64,000 bases of DNA from the NCBI GenBank assembly GCA_039807425.1, contig JBDHRD010000001.1, positions 2,086-66,085 on the forward strand. The letters are read 5' to 3'. Below the pieces are notes generated by a model. The model saw nothing but the letters and a program-made list of their open reading frames with translations, searched no databases and was not told the DNA's origin. The DNA is from Candidatus Contendobacter sp. GTDB lineage: Bacteria; Pseudomonadota; Gammaproteobacteria; Competibacterales; Competibacteraceae. Position 1 is the first letter of the stretch. Every line of letters starts with the position of its first letter. Of the stretch, positions 13,688-24,215 are shown piece by piece. The position numbers were made by a program, and so were the translations under genes.

Positions 13688-15235
13688 ATGGCCGAAAAAA
13701 ACCCCGACCATCCGGTCCAGCACCGGTTGAAGCTGCGCAATCTGCGCTTGTCCGACTACGCCGACATCCGGGACATCATGGACCTGGTCTACCCCAACAT
13801 GGACGGCGCCTGGACCCGCGACCAATTTACCTCGCAGATCGCCCGTTTCCCCGAAGGACAGATTTGCATCGAGGACAACGGCAAGGTGGTGGCCGCCACC
13901 ATCAGCTTGATCGTGGACTACAGCCACTACGGCGACCGCCACACTTACTGGCAAATCATCGGCGATGGCTACATCACCACCCACGACCCCAACGGCGACA
14001 CCCTGTACGGCGTGGACATCTTCGTCCATCCCGCCTACCGCGACATGCGCATTGGCCGGCGACTGTACGACGCCCGCAAGGAACTGTGCGAGAAGCTGAA
14101 CCTGCGCGCCATCGTGGTCGGCGGCCGGATTCCCGGCTACAGCCGGTACGCCCACGATATGACCCCCCAGCAGTACGTCGAGCAGGTCAAGGCCAAGGAA
14201 CTGGTCGATCCCATCCTGACCTTCCAACTGGCCAATGATTTTCACATTCGCCGGATCATCGCCAGCTACCTGCCGGACGATACCGAATCGAAGGCGTATG
14301 GGGTGCTGCTGGAATGGCTGAACATCTACTACGAAGACAAGGAAGTTCTGATCGGCGGGCGCAAGTCGGTAGTGCGGGTCGGGGCGGTGCAATGGCAGAT
14401 GCGCCAGACCGCTTCGCTGGAGGAACTGTTGCAGCAGGTCGAGTATTTCGTGGACGCGGTGGCCGGTTACAAGACCGATGTCGTGCTGTTCCCGGAATTT
14501 TTCAACGGCCCGCTGATGGGGCAATTCAACGAGCGGGGCACCGCCGAGGCCGTGCGGCGACTGGCCGAGTTCACCGAGCCGTTGCGTGAGGCCATGGTGC
14601 AGATGGCGGTGGCCTACAACGTCAACATCATCGCCGGCAGCATGCCGGAATACGGCGGCGGTGCGCTGTACAACGCCGCCTATCTGTGCCGGCGCGACGG
14701 CACCTGGGACAAGCAGTCCAAACTGCACATCACCCCCGATGAACGCGCCTACTGGGGTTTGCAGGGTGGTGATACGCTCAAAGCGTTCGAGCTGGACGTC
14801 GGCAAGATCGGCATCCTGATTTGTTATGACGTCGAATTTCCCGAACTGCCGCGCCTGCTGGCCGACCAAGGGATGCAAATCCTGTTCGTGCCGTTCTGGA
14901 CCGACACCAAGAACGCCTATTTGCGGGTGCGGCGCTGCGCCCAGGCGCGAGCCATCGAGAATGAATGCTATGTGGTGATCTCCGGCAGCGTCGGCAACCT
15001 GCCGAAGGTAGAGAACATGGATATGCAGTATTCTCAGGCGGCGGTGTTCACCCCGTCCGACTTCGCCTTCCCCCACGACGCCATCGCCGCCGAGGCCACG
15101 CCGAACACCGAGATGACCCTGATCGTGGATCTGGACCTGGACAGCCTCAAGGAGATGCGGGTGCATGGCAGCGTGCGCAATTTCCGCGACCGGCGGTTGG
15201 ATTTGTACAAGGTCGCCTGGACGGGCCGGAGTTGA
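13688..15235 (+). CDS. Bifunctional GNAT acetyltransferase / carbon-nitrogen hydrolase
   Basis: N-terminal GNAT (VHPAYRDMRIGRRLYDARK); nitrilase triad motifs FPEFF, SKLH and ICYDVEFPE. Confidence 0.92.
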   Translation: MAEKNPDHPVQHRLKLRNLRLSDYADIRDIMDLVYPNMDGAWTRDQFTSQIARFPEGQICIEDNGKVVAATISLIVDYSHYGDRHTYWQIIGDGYITTHDPNGDTLYGVDIFVHPAYRDMRIGRRLYDARKELCEKLNLRAIVVGGRIPGYSRYAHDMTPQQYVEQVKAKELVDPILTFQLANDFHIRRIIASYLPDDTESKAYGVLLEWLNIYYEDKEVLIGGRKSVVRVGAVQWQMRQTASLEELLQQVEYFVDAVAGYKTDVVLFPEFFNGPLMGQFNERGTAEAVRRLAEFTEPLREAMVQMAVAYNVNIIAGSMPEYGGGALYNAAYLCRRDGTWDKQSKLHITPDERAYWGLQGGDTLKAFELDVGKIGILICYDVEFPELPRLLADQGMQILFVPFWTDTKNAYLRVRRCAQARAIENECYVVISGSVGNLPKVENMDMQYSQAAVFTPSDFAFPHDAIAAEATPNTEMTLIVDLDLDSLKEMRVHGSVRNFRDRRLDLYKVAWTGRS

Positions 15236-15319
15236 ATGAAGTGATTCGTGGTTAGCGGTCGGATAAACAGGCATCGGTTCAGGGCGCCATCCAGCATGAA
15301 TTTGGCGTTTTCTGTTTTT

Positions 15320-15346
15320 TTCGTGGCTTCCGTGGCTTCCGTGGAT
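15320..15346 (+). repeat. Short TT(C/T)CGTGGC tandem related to the 9-mer repeat at 4294
   Basis: TTCGTGGC-TTCCGTGGC-TTCCGTGGAT in the intergenic region. Confidence 0.55.
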
Positions 15347-15371
15347 AAAATAACAGGCTGAGGTGGACGTC

Positions 15372-16199
15372 ATGAAACTGAACTTCACCAAGATGCACGG
15401 ACTCGGCAACGATTTTGTAGTGATCGACGGGATCAACCAGACCGTGGCGCTGGACCCGGCGGGAATTCGCCGGTTGGCTGACCGCCATTTCGGCATCGGT
15501 TGCGACCAGGTGCTGCTGGTGGAAGCCTCCGACTGCTCCGACGCCGATTTCCGCTACCGCATCTTCAACGCCGATGGTGGCGAGGTGGGACAGTGCGGCA
15601 ACGGCGCCCGCTGCTTCGCCCGCTTCGTCCGCGACCATGGATTGACCAAAAAGGATGAATTGCGCGTGATCACCGCCGGGGGGCTGCTGCGGTTGCGGCT
15701 CCTGCCCGAGGGACAGGTGGCGGTGGACATGGGTCAGCCCCGGCTGGAACCGGGCGAGGTGCCGTTTTTCGCTACCGAGCGCGCGCCCCGTTATCCCATC
15801 GCCGCCGATGGGGTAGAGTTGGAGGTCGGGGTGGTGTCCATGGGCAATCCTCACGCGATACTGGCGGTGGACGACGTGGATTACGCCCCGGTGGCGCATC
15901 TGGGGCCGTTGCTGGAACGGCATGGCCGGTTTCCCCAGCGCGCCAACGTCGGCTTCATGCAGATCGTCGCGCCGGATCATATTCGCCTGCGGGTATTCGA
16001 ACGGGGAACCGGAGAGACTTTGGCCTGTGGCAGCGGCGCCTGTGCGGCGGTGGTGGCGGGCCGGCTGTGGGGCCGGCTGTGGCCGAACGTCCGGGTCGAG
16101 CTGCCCGGTGGCGAGCTGAGCATTCACTGGGCCGGCGAGAGTGAGTCGGTGATCCTGACCGGGCCAGCGACGACGGTGTTCGAGGGGTGGATCGAGTGA
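15372..16199 (+). CDS. dapF: Diaminopimelate epimerase
   Basis: [24 protein letters not shown] and [16 protein letters not shown] motifs. Confidence 0.96.
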   Translation: MKLNFTKMHGLGNDFVVIDGINQTVALDPAGIRRLADRHFGIGCDQVLLVEASDCSDADFRYRIFNADGGEVGQCGNGARCFARFVRDHGLTKKDELRVITAGGLLRLRLLPEGQVAVDMGQPRLEPGEVPFFATERAPRYPIAADGVELEVGVVSMGNPHAILAVDDVDYAPVAHLGPLLERHGRFPQRANVGFMQIVAPDHIRLRVFERGTGETLACGSGACAAVVAGRLWGRLWPNVRVELPGGELSIHWAGESESVILTGPATTVFEGWIE

Positions 16200-16927
16200 T
16201 GAGCGAAGATTGGGAAGCGTCGGATCCTGAACCGGTGGTGGCCGATTACTTGCGCGACCATCCGGACTTCTTCACTCATCATCCCGAGCTGACAGAGAAC
16301 CTGCGCATCCCGCATCCCTGCCGGCCAGCGGTGTCACTGCTGGAGTATCAGAACCGCCTGTTGCGAGAGCATTGCCAGCGCCTGCGCGACAAGCTGGTGG
16401 AACTGGTTGCCATCGCCCGCGATAACGACCGGCTGGCGGAGCGGGTGCAGCGGCTGGCGCTGGGTTTGCTGGACGCACGGGGGGGGCTGGACGAACTGTT
16501 GCACGGCATCAAGGCGATTTTGCGCGACGAGTTCAAGGCTGATGGCGTCGCCCTGTGTCTGGCCATGCCGCCCACGACCGGCCTGAGCGCGGTGGAGGAG
16601 TTTCTGCGGCCGGATGTGGTCTGGCTCTTCGATGCTGTGTTCCGCGCTGGCCGGCCCCAGTGTGGCCGGTTGAGTCTGGAGCAGGCCGCTGCCCTGTTCG
16701 GCGATGGCGCCCATCTGGCGGCCTCGGCGGCGCTGATCCCACTGGGCGGCGGCGAATGGCGCGGCTTGCTGGCGGTGGGCAGCGGCGACGCCAGACGCTT
16801 TCATCCCGGTATGGGTACGCTGTTTCTGGAGCGGATCGGCGAACTGATCGCCCAGACGTTGCAAGCCCGGTTGCTGGCGAGCGGGCGGCGGAGGCTGTCC
16901 GATCCACCTTCGGCGCACGGGCGTTGA
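16199..16927 (+). CDS. DUF484 family protein (YigA-like)
   Basis: YLRDHPDFF, L.IPH, AVSLLEYQ and RFHPGMGTLFL; follows dapF. Confidence 0.9.
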   Translation: MSEDWEASDPEPVVADYLRDHPDFFTHHPELTENLRIPHPCRPAVSLLEYQNRLLREHCQRLRDKLVELVAIARDNDRLAERVQRLALGLLDARGGLDELLHGIKAILRDEFKADGVALCLAMPPTTGLSAVEEFLRPDVVWLFDAVFRAGRPQCGRLSLEQAAALFGDGAHLAASAALIPLGGGEWRGLLAVGSGDARRFHPGMGTLFLERIGELIAQTLQARLLASGRRRLSDPPSAHGR

Positions 16928-16928
16928 A

Positions 16929-17570
16929 TCAGTACCCCAGCCACTCATCCAATCGGGCGTGGGCTTCGTTCACCCCCAAGCCGGTCGGCGCCGAAAACAG
17001 TTGCGCGCTGGTGAGGGGATAATCGGTCTTCAGCGTTTTTTGCGCCTGTTGCAGCGCCATCCGCGCCGGGCCGCGCCCGAGCTTGTCGGCCTTGGTCAAC
17101 AGGATGTGGGTGGGAAGCTGGCGGTGGGCGCAGCCGTTCAGCAACTGGCGATCCAGAGGAGTCAGCGGATGGCGGATGTCCATCAGCAGTATCAGGCCGC
17201 GCAGAGCAAGGCGCTCGCGCAGGTAGTATTCCAGTAACAGCCGCCAGTGCCGGCGAATGGCGTCCGGCACCTGGGCGTAGCCGTAGCCGGGCAGGTCCAC
17301 CAGATAGCGCTCCGGCGTCACCTGAAAAAAATTGAGCAACTGGGTTCGACCCGGCGTTTTGCTGACCCGGGCGAGCTGTCGCTGGCCGGTCAGCACGTTG
17401 AGAGCGCTGGACTTGCCGGCGTTGGAGCGGCCGGCGAAGGCCACTTCCCGGCCTGTATCCGGTGGCAACTGCGTCAAGGCATTGACGCTAATAACGAAGT
17501 TGGCAGCCCTATAGCGCAGGGCGGACGTGTTGACCACGGGGATAGAAGTAAGTTGGTTAGGGTTTTTCAT
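16929..17570 (-). CDS. engB: Ribosome biogenesis GTP-binding protein YihA/YsxC
   Basis: GRSNAGKSS, SKTPGRTQ, DLPGYG and TKADK motifs; start codon approximate. Confidence 0.93.
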   Translation of the reverse strand: MKNPNQLTSIPVVNTSALRYRAANFVISVNALTQLPPDTGREVAFAGRSNAGKSSALNVLTGQRQLARVSKTPGRTQLLNFFQVTPERYLVDLPGYGYAQVPDAIRRHWRLLLEYYLRERLALRGLILLMDIRHPLTPLDRQLLNGCAHRQLPTHILLTKADKLGRGPARMALQQAQKTLKTDYPLTSAQLFSAPTGLGVNEAHARLDEWLGY

Positions 17571-17747
17571 TGAACTCAAGGGCCAAAACTGATATATAAA
17601 ACCGTCGCTTTCACGTGGTGGGACCGACCCTGGCAAGGGAGATTCCGCCGCGATCAAGCGAGGCCCGTCCGCCGATCCGCGCCACTATTTCGCCCTGGCG
17701 GCAGTCGCCTGAACCGAATATCGTCATCGTACAGGAGCCTTCCAAAA

Positions 17748-18356
17748 ATGAAAAAACTCGTTGTGTTCGCCGCGACGTGCGCACTGCTCGGTTCCGCGAC
17801 CGCCGCACTGGCCGCTGGCGACCCCACCGCCGGCAAGGCCAAGTCCGCCACCTGCGTGGCTTGCCACAACGCGGATGGCAACAGCGCCATCACCCAATAC
17901 CCCAAGCTGGCGGGGCAAAGCGCCGATTATCTGGTCAAGCAGCTTCAAGAATTCAAAAGCGGCGCCCGCGTCAACGCGATCATGGTCGGCATGGTGGCGC
18001 CGCTGAGCCAGCAGGACATGGAAGATCTGGCGGCCTTCTACGCCTCGCAACCGATTGCTCGCGGCGCGGCCGACCCGGCTCTGGTTCCAGCCGGCGAGGC
18101 GCTCTTCCGCGGCGGCAATCTGACCAGCGGCGTGGCGGCCTGTTCCGCCTGCCACGGCGCCACCGGAGCTGGTAACCCGGCCGCCAAGTTCCCGGCGCTG
18201 GCCGGCCAGCACGCTGAGTACGTCGAGCTTCAGTTGAAGGCCTTCCGCACCATGGAGCGCGCCAACGACGCCGGCCAGATGATGCGCGGCGTGGCCGCCA
18301 GGATGACCGACCCGGAAATCAAGGCGGTGGCGTCCTACGTGCAGGGCTTGCAATAA
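17748..18356 (+). CDS. Diheme cytochrome c4
   Basis: Signal peptide, two CxxCH motifs (CVACH, CSACH), PKLAGQ/PALAGQ; divergent from engB. Confidence 0.93.
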   Translation: MKKLVVFAATCALLGSATAALAAGDPTAGKAKSATCVACHNADGNSAITQYPKLAGQSADYLVKQLQEFKSGARVNAIMVGMVAPLSQQDMEDLAAFYASQPIARGAADPALVPAGEALFRGGNLTSGVAACSACHGATGAGNPAAKFPALAGQHAEYVELQLKAFRTMERANDAGQMMRGVAARMTDPEIKAVASYVQGLQ

Positions 18357-18398
18357 GAACCCGGTGAACCGGGCTGGATCCCCTGAGGTAATTGCTGA

Positions 18399-18425
18399 GG
18401 GTGGCCGATCCGGCCACCCTTTTTT
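18399..18425 (+). terminator. Rho-independent terminator after cytochrome c4
   Basis: GGGTGGCCG-ATC-CGGCCACCC followed by a T-run. Confidence 0.8.
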
Positions 18426-18529
18426 GTGTCCTGAACCAGCCCAGGAGGTGAACGGATTAGGGCCAGCCGGGTCATAAAAACCGCCCGCCATTTTTCCACC
18501 CATCCCACCATCATCCTCGATCCCTTGCC

Positions 18530-20593
18530 GTGAGCGATACCGTCACCGCACACCGGCCCGCCCAGCGCCGTACCCTGGGGTGGGTGCTGCTGGAATTCCT
18601 CGGTTCCATGAACCTCGCCATTACCCTGCTGGTGGTGGTGGCCGTTGCCTCGATCATCGGCACGGTCTTGCAACAGAACCAGCCCTATTCGAACTACGTG
18701 CTCAAATTCGGACCCTTCTGGTTTGAAGTCTTCAATCGCCTGGGGCTGTACGATGTGTATGGCGCTGGCTGGTTCATCCTCATCCTGGGTTTTCTCATCC
18801 TCTCCACCAGCGTTTGCCTGTACCGTCAGGTTCCCGGCATGATGCGGGAGATGATCCGGTTTCGGACCCAGGTTCGGCTGGATTCGCTGCGCGGTTTTCA
18901 CCAGCACGCTGAATGGCGTTTGCCGGAACGGGCGCCCGCCGACGTGATCGCGGAAGTGATCGGTGCGTTTCGCGCGGGCGGCTACCGCTGGCGGGTTCGG
19001 GACCACGGCGACCACCAGGTAGCGGCGGCGATGAAGGGCGGTTACCAGCGGCTGGGCTATCTGTTCACTCACGCGGCGGTGGTGGTGATCGGGGTCGGTG
19101 GCCTGCTGGATGGCAATTTGTGGCTAAAGCTGAAGGAATGGCGCGGCGAGATCGCGGTCGAGACCCGTGACTTGGCTGCCCGCGACGTGCCGGCAGCCAG
19201 CCGGCTGGCGCCCGGCGCGACCCCGTCGTTTCGCGGCAACGTTATGTTGCCCGAAGGCCGCGCGGCCAATTTCGTATTTTTGCGGTTGCGCGACGGCTTT
19301 CTGGTGCAGGAACTGCCGTTCGCCATCGAGCTCCGGGATTTCCAGGTCGAGTACCACGCCACCGGTCAGCCCAAATCCTTTGTCAGCCAGGTGCGCATCC
19401 ATGATGAGGAGCATTTGGGCGACCAGTCGCTGGATGCGACGATCCGGGTCAACCATCCGCTGACCTATCGCGGTTACGCCATCTACCAGTCTGATTTTGG
19501 TGATGGCGGCTCCAAGCTGGAATTACGTGCCTGGCCGCTGACCGTCAGCCGATTGGAGCCCGTCGACGCCAAAGGCGAGGTGGGGGGCGCGCTCAAGGTG
19601 GCTGGCCCCGACGGACCCCTTGGTTTGGAACTGGACGAGTTCCGGGCGTTCAATTTGCTGCCGGAACCCGGCGCCCGGCCCGGTGATCGCAAGTTCCGTA
19701 ATTTTGGTCCCAGCGTCGGGTTCAAACTGCGCGACGCCGCCGGCGAGGCGCGCGAGTACGTCAATTACATGGCGCCCGTCCAGCTTGAGGACCGCTGGCT
19801 TTTCGTCAGCGGTGTTCGCGCTCGGCCGGGAGAAGAATTCACCTATCTGCACATCCCGGCGGATGGGAGGAATAGTCCTGAACGTTTCCTGCGCTTCAAC
19901 GCCCGACTGCGTGATGGGGAGGGATTGCGCGCCTTGCTGGCGCGCGCGCCGGCGCCGGTCGAAAATCCCGACTTGCGGCACGATCTCGATCAAGTGCGCC
20001 TGAATCTGGTCGGCTTGTTCGCTCAAGGAGGGTTTGCGGCGGTGACGGAACGGGCCAGGGCGGTGGTGCCCGCCGACCGGCTCCAGGAAGCGACCCGGCT
20101 GTATCTGGGAATCCTGCGCGATACCCTGGCTGAAGTTTTCCTGGAGGTGCTGCGCGAAGAGGGGGTGAACCTGGAGCAGGGTGTGGGCGAGCGCGAGGAT
20201 GCCTTTTTCAACGACGCTCTGTCCGCCCTGGCCGTGCTGCCGCTCTATGGCTCGCCGTTTTATCTGCAACTGACCGGGTTCCAGCAGGTGGAGGCATCCG
20301 GCTTGCAGGTGACCCACAGCGGCGCGGCCAGCGTGGTCTACACCGGCTTTGTGCTTCTGAGCGCCGGCGTCTTCCTCCTGTTTTATACTTCGCACCGTCG
20401 GCTGTGGGCCTGGATCGCGGCCGAGGAGAGCGGCTCGCGCCTGGTTCTGGCCGGCACGGGCAATCGCCGCCAGGCGGAATTCGCCCGCGAGTTCGCCGCG
20501 CTGGAAGCGACACTGGCGCGGCGGCTGGGAGCGCCCGCCCCACTCACAACCTCTCTCCCAGAAGCGGGCGAGGGGTATCATTTAAGGTCCTGA
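18530..20593 (+). CDS. Cytochrome c biogenesis protein ResB/Ccs1 (System II)
   Basis: FLGSMNLAITLL..ASIIGTVLQQ, LYDVY..WF, IRVNHPL.YRG..IYQ.DF and C-terminal TM followed by RRLW. Confidence 0.9.
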   Translation: MSDTVTAHRPAQRRTLGWVLLEFLGSMNLAITLLVVVAVASIIGTVLQQNQPYSNYVLKFGPFWFEVFNRLGLYDVYGAGWFILILGFLILSTSVCLYRQVPGMMREMIRFRTQVRLDSLRGFHQHAEWRLPERAPADVIAEVIGAFRAGGYRWRVRDHGDHQVAAAMKGGYQRLGYLFTHAAVVVIGVGGLLDGNLWLKLKEWRGEIAVETRDLAARDVPAASRLAPGATPSFRGNVMLPEGRAANFVFLRLRDGFLVQELPFAIELRDFQVEYHATGQPKSFVSQVRIHDEEHLGDQSLDATIRVNHPLTYRGYAIYQSDFGDGGSKLELRAWPLTVSRLEPVDAKGEVGGALKVAGPDGPLGLELDEFRAFNLLPEPGARPGDRKFRNFGPSVGFKLRDAAGEAREYVNYMAPVQLEDRWLFVSGVRARPGEEFTYLHIPADGRNSPERFLRFNARLRDGEGLRALLARAPAPVENPDLRHDLDQVRLNLVGLFAQGGFAAVTERARAVVPADRLQEATRLYLGILRDTLAEVFLEVLREEGVNLEQGVGEREDAFFNDALSALAVLPLYGSPFYLQLTGFQQVEASGLQVTHSGAASVVYTGFVLLSAGVFLLFYTSHRRLWAWIAAEESGSRLVLAGTGNRRQAEFAREFAALEATLARRLGAPAPLTTSLPEAGEGYHLRS

Positions 20594-20609
20594 GAGAGGC
20601 ACATCAGTC

Positions 20610-21788
20610 ATGGCGGTAACGCGCGAAGCGATGCTTGAACCGTGGGAACAGCCGATGCTCTCGCAGCGGCTGAGCGCCTGGGATGCGCTGTGGGCGCTGC
20701 TGGTGATGGGGGGAGCCGGCGCTGCCTGGTGGTTTTACCAGTCCCAAATGGACGGCTACGAGGTCGCTATCCTGTTCGGTAGCGCCCTGGCGCTGATCGC
20801 CTGGGGGTGGTACTGGAAGCCGGCGCGGCTGTTCGCCCTCGCGGTGGCGGCGCTGACGCTGCTGGCGTTGTGGCGGTATGGCGTGGACTACGAACTGCGC
20901 AACAGTGCTTTCCTGCTCAAGTATTTCCTGGAGAGCCAGGCGGCGTTCATGTGGATGAGCGCGCTGTACGTGCTGGCGACCGTCACTTATTTCGCCGCCC
21001 TGTTCGGCCGCTCGGAATTCGTCGGCAAGACCGCGACCGCCCTGACCTGGTGCGCGACCGTGCTGGGGATGGCCGGTCTGCTGGTGCGCTGGCGCGAGTC
21101 CTATCTGCTGGGCGCCGACATCGGCCACATTCCGGTCAGCAATCTCTACGAAGTGTTTGTGCTGTTCGCGCTGATCACCGCGCTGCTGTACCTGTTTTAC
21201 GAGGACCGGCATCGCACCCGCGCTCTGGGCGGCTTCGCCCTGCTGGCGATCAGCGGGGCGGTGGCCTTTCTGTTGTGGTATGCCTTCGACCGCGAGGCGC
21301 ATCACATCCAGCCGCTGATTCCGGCCCTGCAAAGCTACTGGATGAAGATCCACGTGCCGGCCAACTTTATCGGCTATGGCGCCTTCGCCTTGGCGGCGAT
21401 GGTGGGTGTAGCATATTTACTGCGCCAGCACGCCGAAACCCGCCGTCCCGGTGGCCTGCTGGCCACGGTGCTGCCAGCGCTGGAACTGCTGGACGATGTC
21501 ATGTACAAAGCCATCGCTCTGGGCTTCGCCGCCTTTACCATCGCGACGATTCTGGGCGCGCTGTGGGCGGCGGAGGCGTGGGGCGGCTACTGGTCCTGGG
21601 ACCCCAAGGAAACCTGGGCGCTGATCGTCTGGCTCAACTACGCCGCCTGGCTGCACCTGCGGCTGACCAAGGGCTGGCGTGGCGCGCCGATGGCGTGGTG
21701 GGCGATCATCGGTCTGCTCGTCACCCTGTTCGCCTTTCTGGGCGTGAACATGTTCCTGTCGGGGTTGCACTCCTACGGTTCGTTGTAG
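20610..21788 (+). CDS. Cytochrome c biogenesis protein ResC/CcsA (System II heme synthase)
   Basis: GHIPVSNLYE, PALQSYWMKIHV, WWD domain WAAEAWGGYWSWDPKETW and GLHSYG. Confidence 0.93.
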   Translation: MAVTREAMLEPWEQPMLSQRLSAWDALWALLVMGGAGAAWWFYQSQMDGYEVAILFGSALALIAWGWYWKPARLFALAVAALTLLALWRYGVDYELRNSAFLLKYFLESQAAFMWMSALYVLATVTYFAALFGRSEFVGKTATALTWCATVLGMAGLLVRWRESYLLGADIGHIPVSNLYEVFVLFALITALLYLFYEDRHRTRALGGFALLAISGAVAFLLWYAFDREAHHIQPLIPALQSYWMKIHVPANFIGYGAFALAAMVGVAYLLRQHAETRRPGGLLATVLPALELLDDVMYKAIALGFAAFTIATILGALWAAEAWGGYWSWDPKETWALIVWLNYAAWLHLRLTKGWRGAPMAWWAIIGLLVTLFAFLGVNMFLSGLHSYGSL

Positions 21789-21839
21789 TCCAACCCGCCA
21801 CGCTCCATTTCCACCTCTCGGACCCGAGGATTCGATCTC

Positions 21840-22478
21840 ATGCCGAACTTGCTCCGCCGTTTGCTGTTGATCCTGCTGGCTTGCGCGTTGCCGCTGGCCA
21901 TCATCCATGCCGCTGATTCCCCCACCCAGCCGGCGTTTGTAGAAGGTAGGGATTACGTGCGCCTGCCGACGCCGATGCCACCCACGACACCCGGCAAGAT
22001 CGAAGTGATCGAGTTTTTCTCGTATACCTGTCCGCACTGTTATGACCTGGACCCGACCGTGCAGGCCTGGCTCAAGCGCAAGCCGGAGAACGTGATCTTC
22101 ACCCGGATCGCGGTCGCCTTCGGGGCGAGTTGGGAGCCCAGCGCCCGCGCTTACTACGCTGCCGAAGCGCTGGGGGTGCTGGACAAGATGCACCAGCCGC
22201 TGTTTGACGCCATTCACCGGGACAAGCGCAAGCTGAACACCGAGGACGAACTGGCGGCCTTTTTCGCCGAGCATGGCGTCGCTCAGGATGCGTTCCGCAA
22301 GGCCTACCAATCCTTCACGATGGAGACCCAAATGCGGCGCGGCAACCAACTGGCCCAGCGCTTCGGCGTGCGCGGGGTACCGGCAGTCATTGTCAATGGC
22401 CAGTATGACGTGCGTTCGCCCCGGATTTTCGACGTGGTGGATTTCCTGATCGCCCGACTGGCCGCGCCGCAAGGTTGA
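21840..22478 (+). CDS. dsbA: Thiol:disulfide interchange protein DsbA
   Basis: Signal peptide, EFFSYTCPHC and GVPA cis-Pro loop. Confidence 0.92.
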   Translation: MPNLLRRLLLILLACALPLAIIHAADSPTQPAFVEGRDYVRLPTPMPPTTPGKIEVIEFFSYTCPHCYDLDPTVQAWLKRKPENVIFTRIAVAFGASWEPSARAYYAAEALGVLDKMHQPLFDAIHRDKRKLNTEDELAAFFAEHGVAQDAFRKAYQSFTMETQMRRGNQLAQRFGVRGVPAVIVNGQYDVRSPRIFDVVDFLIARLAAPQG

Positions 22479-22491
22479 GGGCTGAAGCGCG

Positions 22492-23325
22492 ATGACCGGT
22501 CCCGCGGCGCCGCAACGCCTGCGGTTGCTCAGTTACAACATCCAGAGTGGGCTGACCACCCGCAAGTACTCGCAATACGTGACCCGCAGTTGGAAGCATC
22601 TGGTGCCGGTGCCGTCGCGGATGAACAATCTCGACGCCATCGCCCGGATTTTGACTGACTATGACTTCGTCGGCTTGCAAGAGGTGGACGCTGGCAGTCT
22701 GCGTAGCGGATTCGTCAACCAAATCAAATACTTGGCTGATCAGGCTGGCTTCGCGCATGTGTTCGACCAGTCCAACCGCAAGATCGGCATGATTTCCCAG
22801 CATGGCAACGCGGCGCTAAGTCGGATTCCTCCGGAAGCCATCACCGAACACAAACTGCCTGGTTTGCCAGGCCGGGGGGGGTTGGAAGTTCGGTTTGGTT
22901 CGGGGCCGGATGCGCTGCACGTGCTGATCCTGCACATGGCGCTGAGTCGCCGGGGCCGGTTGCGACAGATCGGCTTTCTGGCGGAGCAGGTGGCTGATTA
23001 CCGCCACGTCATTTTGATGGGCGATCTCAACTGCGATTCGGACAGTCCTGAAATGGCAATATTGGTGGACGTGGCTCGCCTGCGCGAACCTGCCCCGGGT
23101 TTATGCACCTTTCCCAGTTGGCGGCCAAGCCGGCAACTGGATCATATCCTGGTTTCATCGTCCATCATGGTCGAACAGGTCCAGGTACTGGACTGCGCGT
23201 TTTCGGATCATCTGCCCATCGCCATGGTGGTGCAGTTACCAGAACCGGTGCGACTGGCGCGGGAGGCACGAATGGTCTCAGTCCCGGCGCCAGATTCAGC
23301 AGAGACGGCTCTGGTCGATCGCTGA
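22492..23325 (+). CDS. Endonuclease/exonuclease/phosphatase family protein
   Basis: LLSYNIQ, LQEVD, GDLN, LDHIL and SDHLP motifs. Confidence 0.9.
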   Translation: MTGPAAPQRLRLLSYNIQSGLTTRKYSQYVTRSWKHLVPVPSRMNNLDAIARILTDYDFVGLQEVDAGSLRSGFVNQIKYLADQAGFAHVFDQSNRKIGMISQHGNAALSRIPPEAITEHKLPGLPGRGGLEVRFGSGPDALHVLILHMALSRRGRLRQIGFLAEQVADYRHVILMGDLNCDSDSPEMAILVDVARLREPAPGLCTFPSWRPSRQLDHILVSSSIMVEQVQVLDCAFSDHLPIAMVVQLPEPVRLAREARMVSVPAPDSAETALVDR

Positions 23326-23356
23326 GTTGCATCGGTTAAAGTTGTTTGGAAAGAAC

Positions 23357-24163
23357 ATGATCGATCTCCATTGCCACCTGTTGCCCCACGTTGACGATGG
23401 TGCTCCCGATCTTGCCACCTCTCTGGCCATGGCGCGGATCGCCGCCGATGACGGTATTAAAGTTATCGCCTGCACCCCGCATATTTATCGGGGGATGTAT
23501 GACAACCACGGTTTGGCTATTCGCCGGGCGGTGGCCGAGCTTCAGCCTCGGCTGGAGGAGGCCGGTATCCCGCTGCACCTGACCTTGGGCGCCGACACGC
23601 ATATTGCCCCCGATCTGGTAGCCGGTCTGCGCTCGGGTCGGGTCCCGACTCTGTGCGACAGCCGTTATTTTCTCCTGGAGCCGCCCCATCACGTTGCCCC
23701 GCCCCGCCTGACGGAAACCGTGTTTGATCTGCTGACGGCCAGCTATGTGCCAGTGATCACCCATCCGGAACGCTTGAGCTGGATTGAAGACCGCTACGAG
23801 ACTTTTGTGGAACTGGCCCGCCAGGGCGCCTGGCTGCAAGTGACCGCTGGGAGTTTGACTGGTCGTTTTGGCAAGGCGGCCCAGTACTGGGGCGAGCGCC
23901 TGCTGGACGAGGGTTGGGTGCATATCCTGGCCACCGACGCGCACGGCGTGGATCGGCGACCGCCCTTGCTGGCCGAGGGACGGCGGGTGGCGGAGCGCTG
24001 GCTGGGTGCGGGCGAGGCCTCGCATCTGGTTGAAATCCGTCCGCAAGGTATACTAAATAATTTAGAACCCGAGCGGTTATCGTTGCCGCCAGCCCTGCAT
24101 GTCAACGCCCCTTCCAGTCGATCGGGTAGCTCTTGGTGGCAACGGCTGTTCCGGTTTGGCTAA
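23357..24163 (+). CDS. PHP-type tyrosine-protein phosphatase (CpsB/CapC/YwqE family)
   Basis: MIDLHCHLLP.VDDGA, TPH, THPER and ATDAH motifs. Confidence 0.92.
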   Translation: MIDLHCHLLPHVDDGAPDLATSLAMARIAADDGIKVIACTPHIYRGMYDNHGLAIRRAVAELQPRLEEAGIPLHLTLGADTHIAPDLVAGLRSGRVPTLCDSRYFLLEPPHHVAPPRLTETVFDLLTASYVPVITHPERLSWIEDRYETFVELARQGAWLQVTAGSLTGRFGKAAQYWGERLLDEGWVHILATDAHGVDRRPPLLAEGRRVAERWLGAGEASHLVEIRPQGILNNLEPERLSLPPALHVNAPSSRSGSSWWQRLFRFG

Positions 24164-24215
24164 TTTTTTAATTTTTCAAGTTGTTTCTTCCCAAAGTTTA
24201 AAGTTTTTGAGGTCG

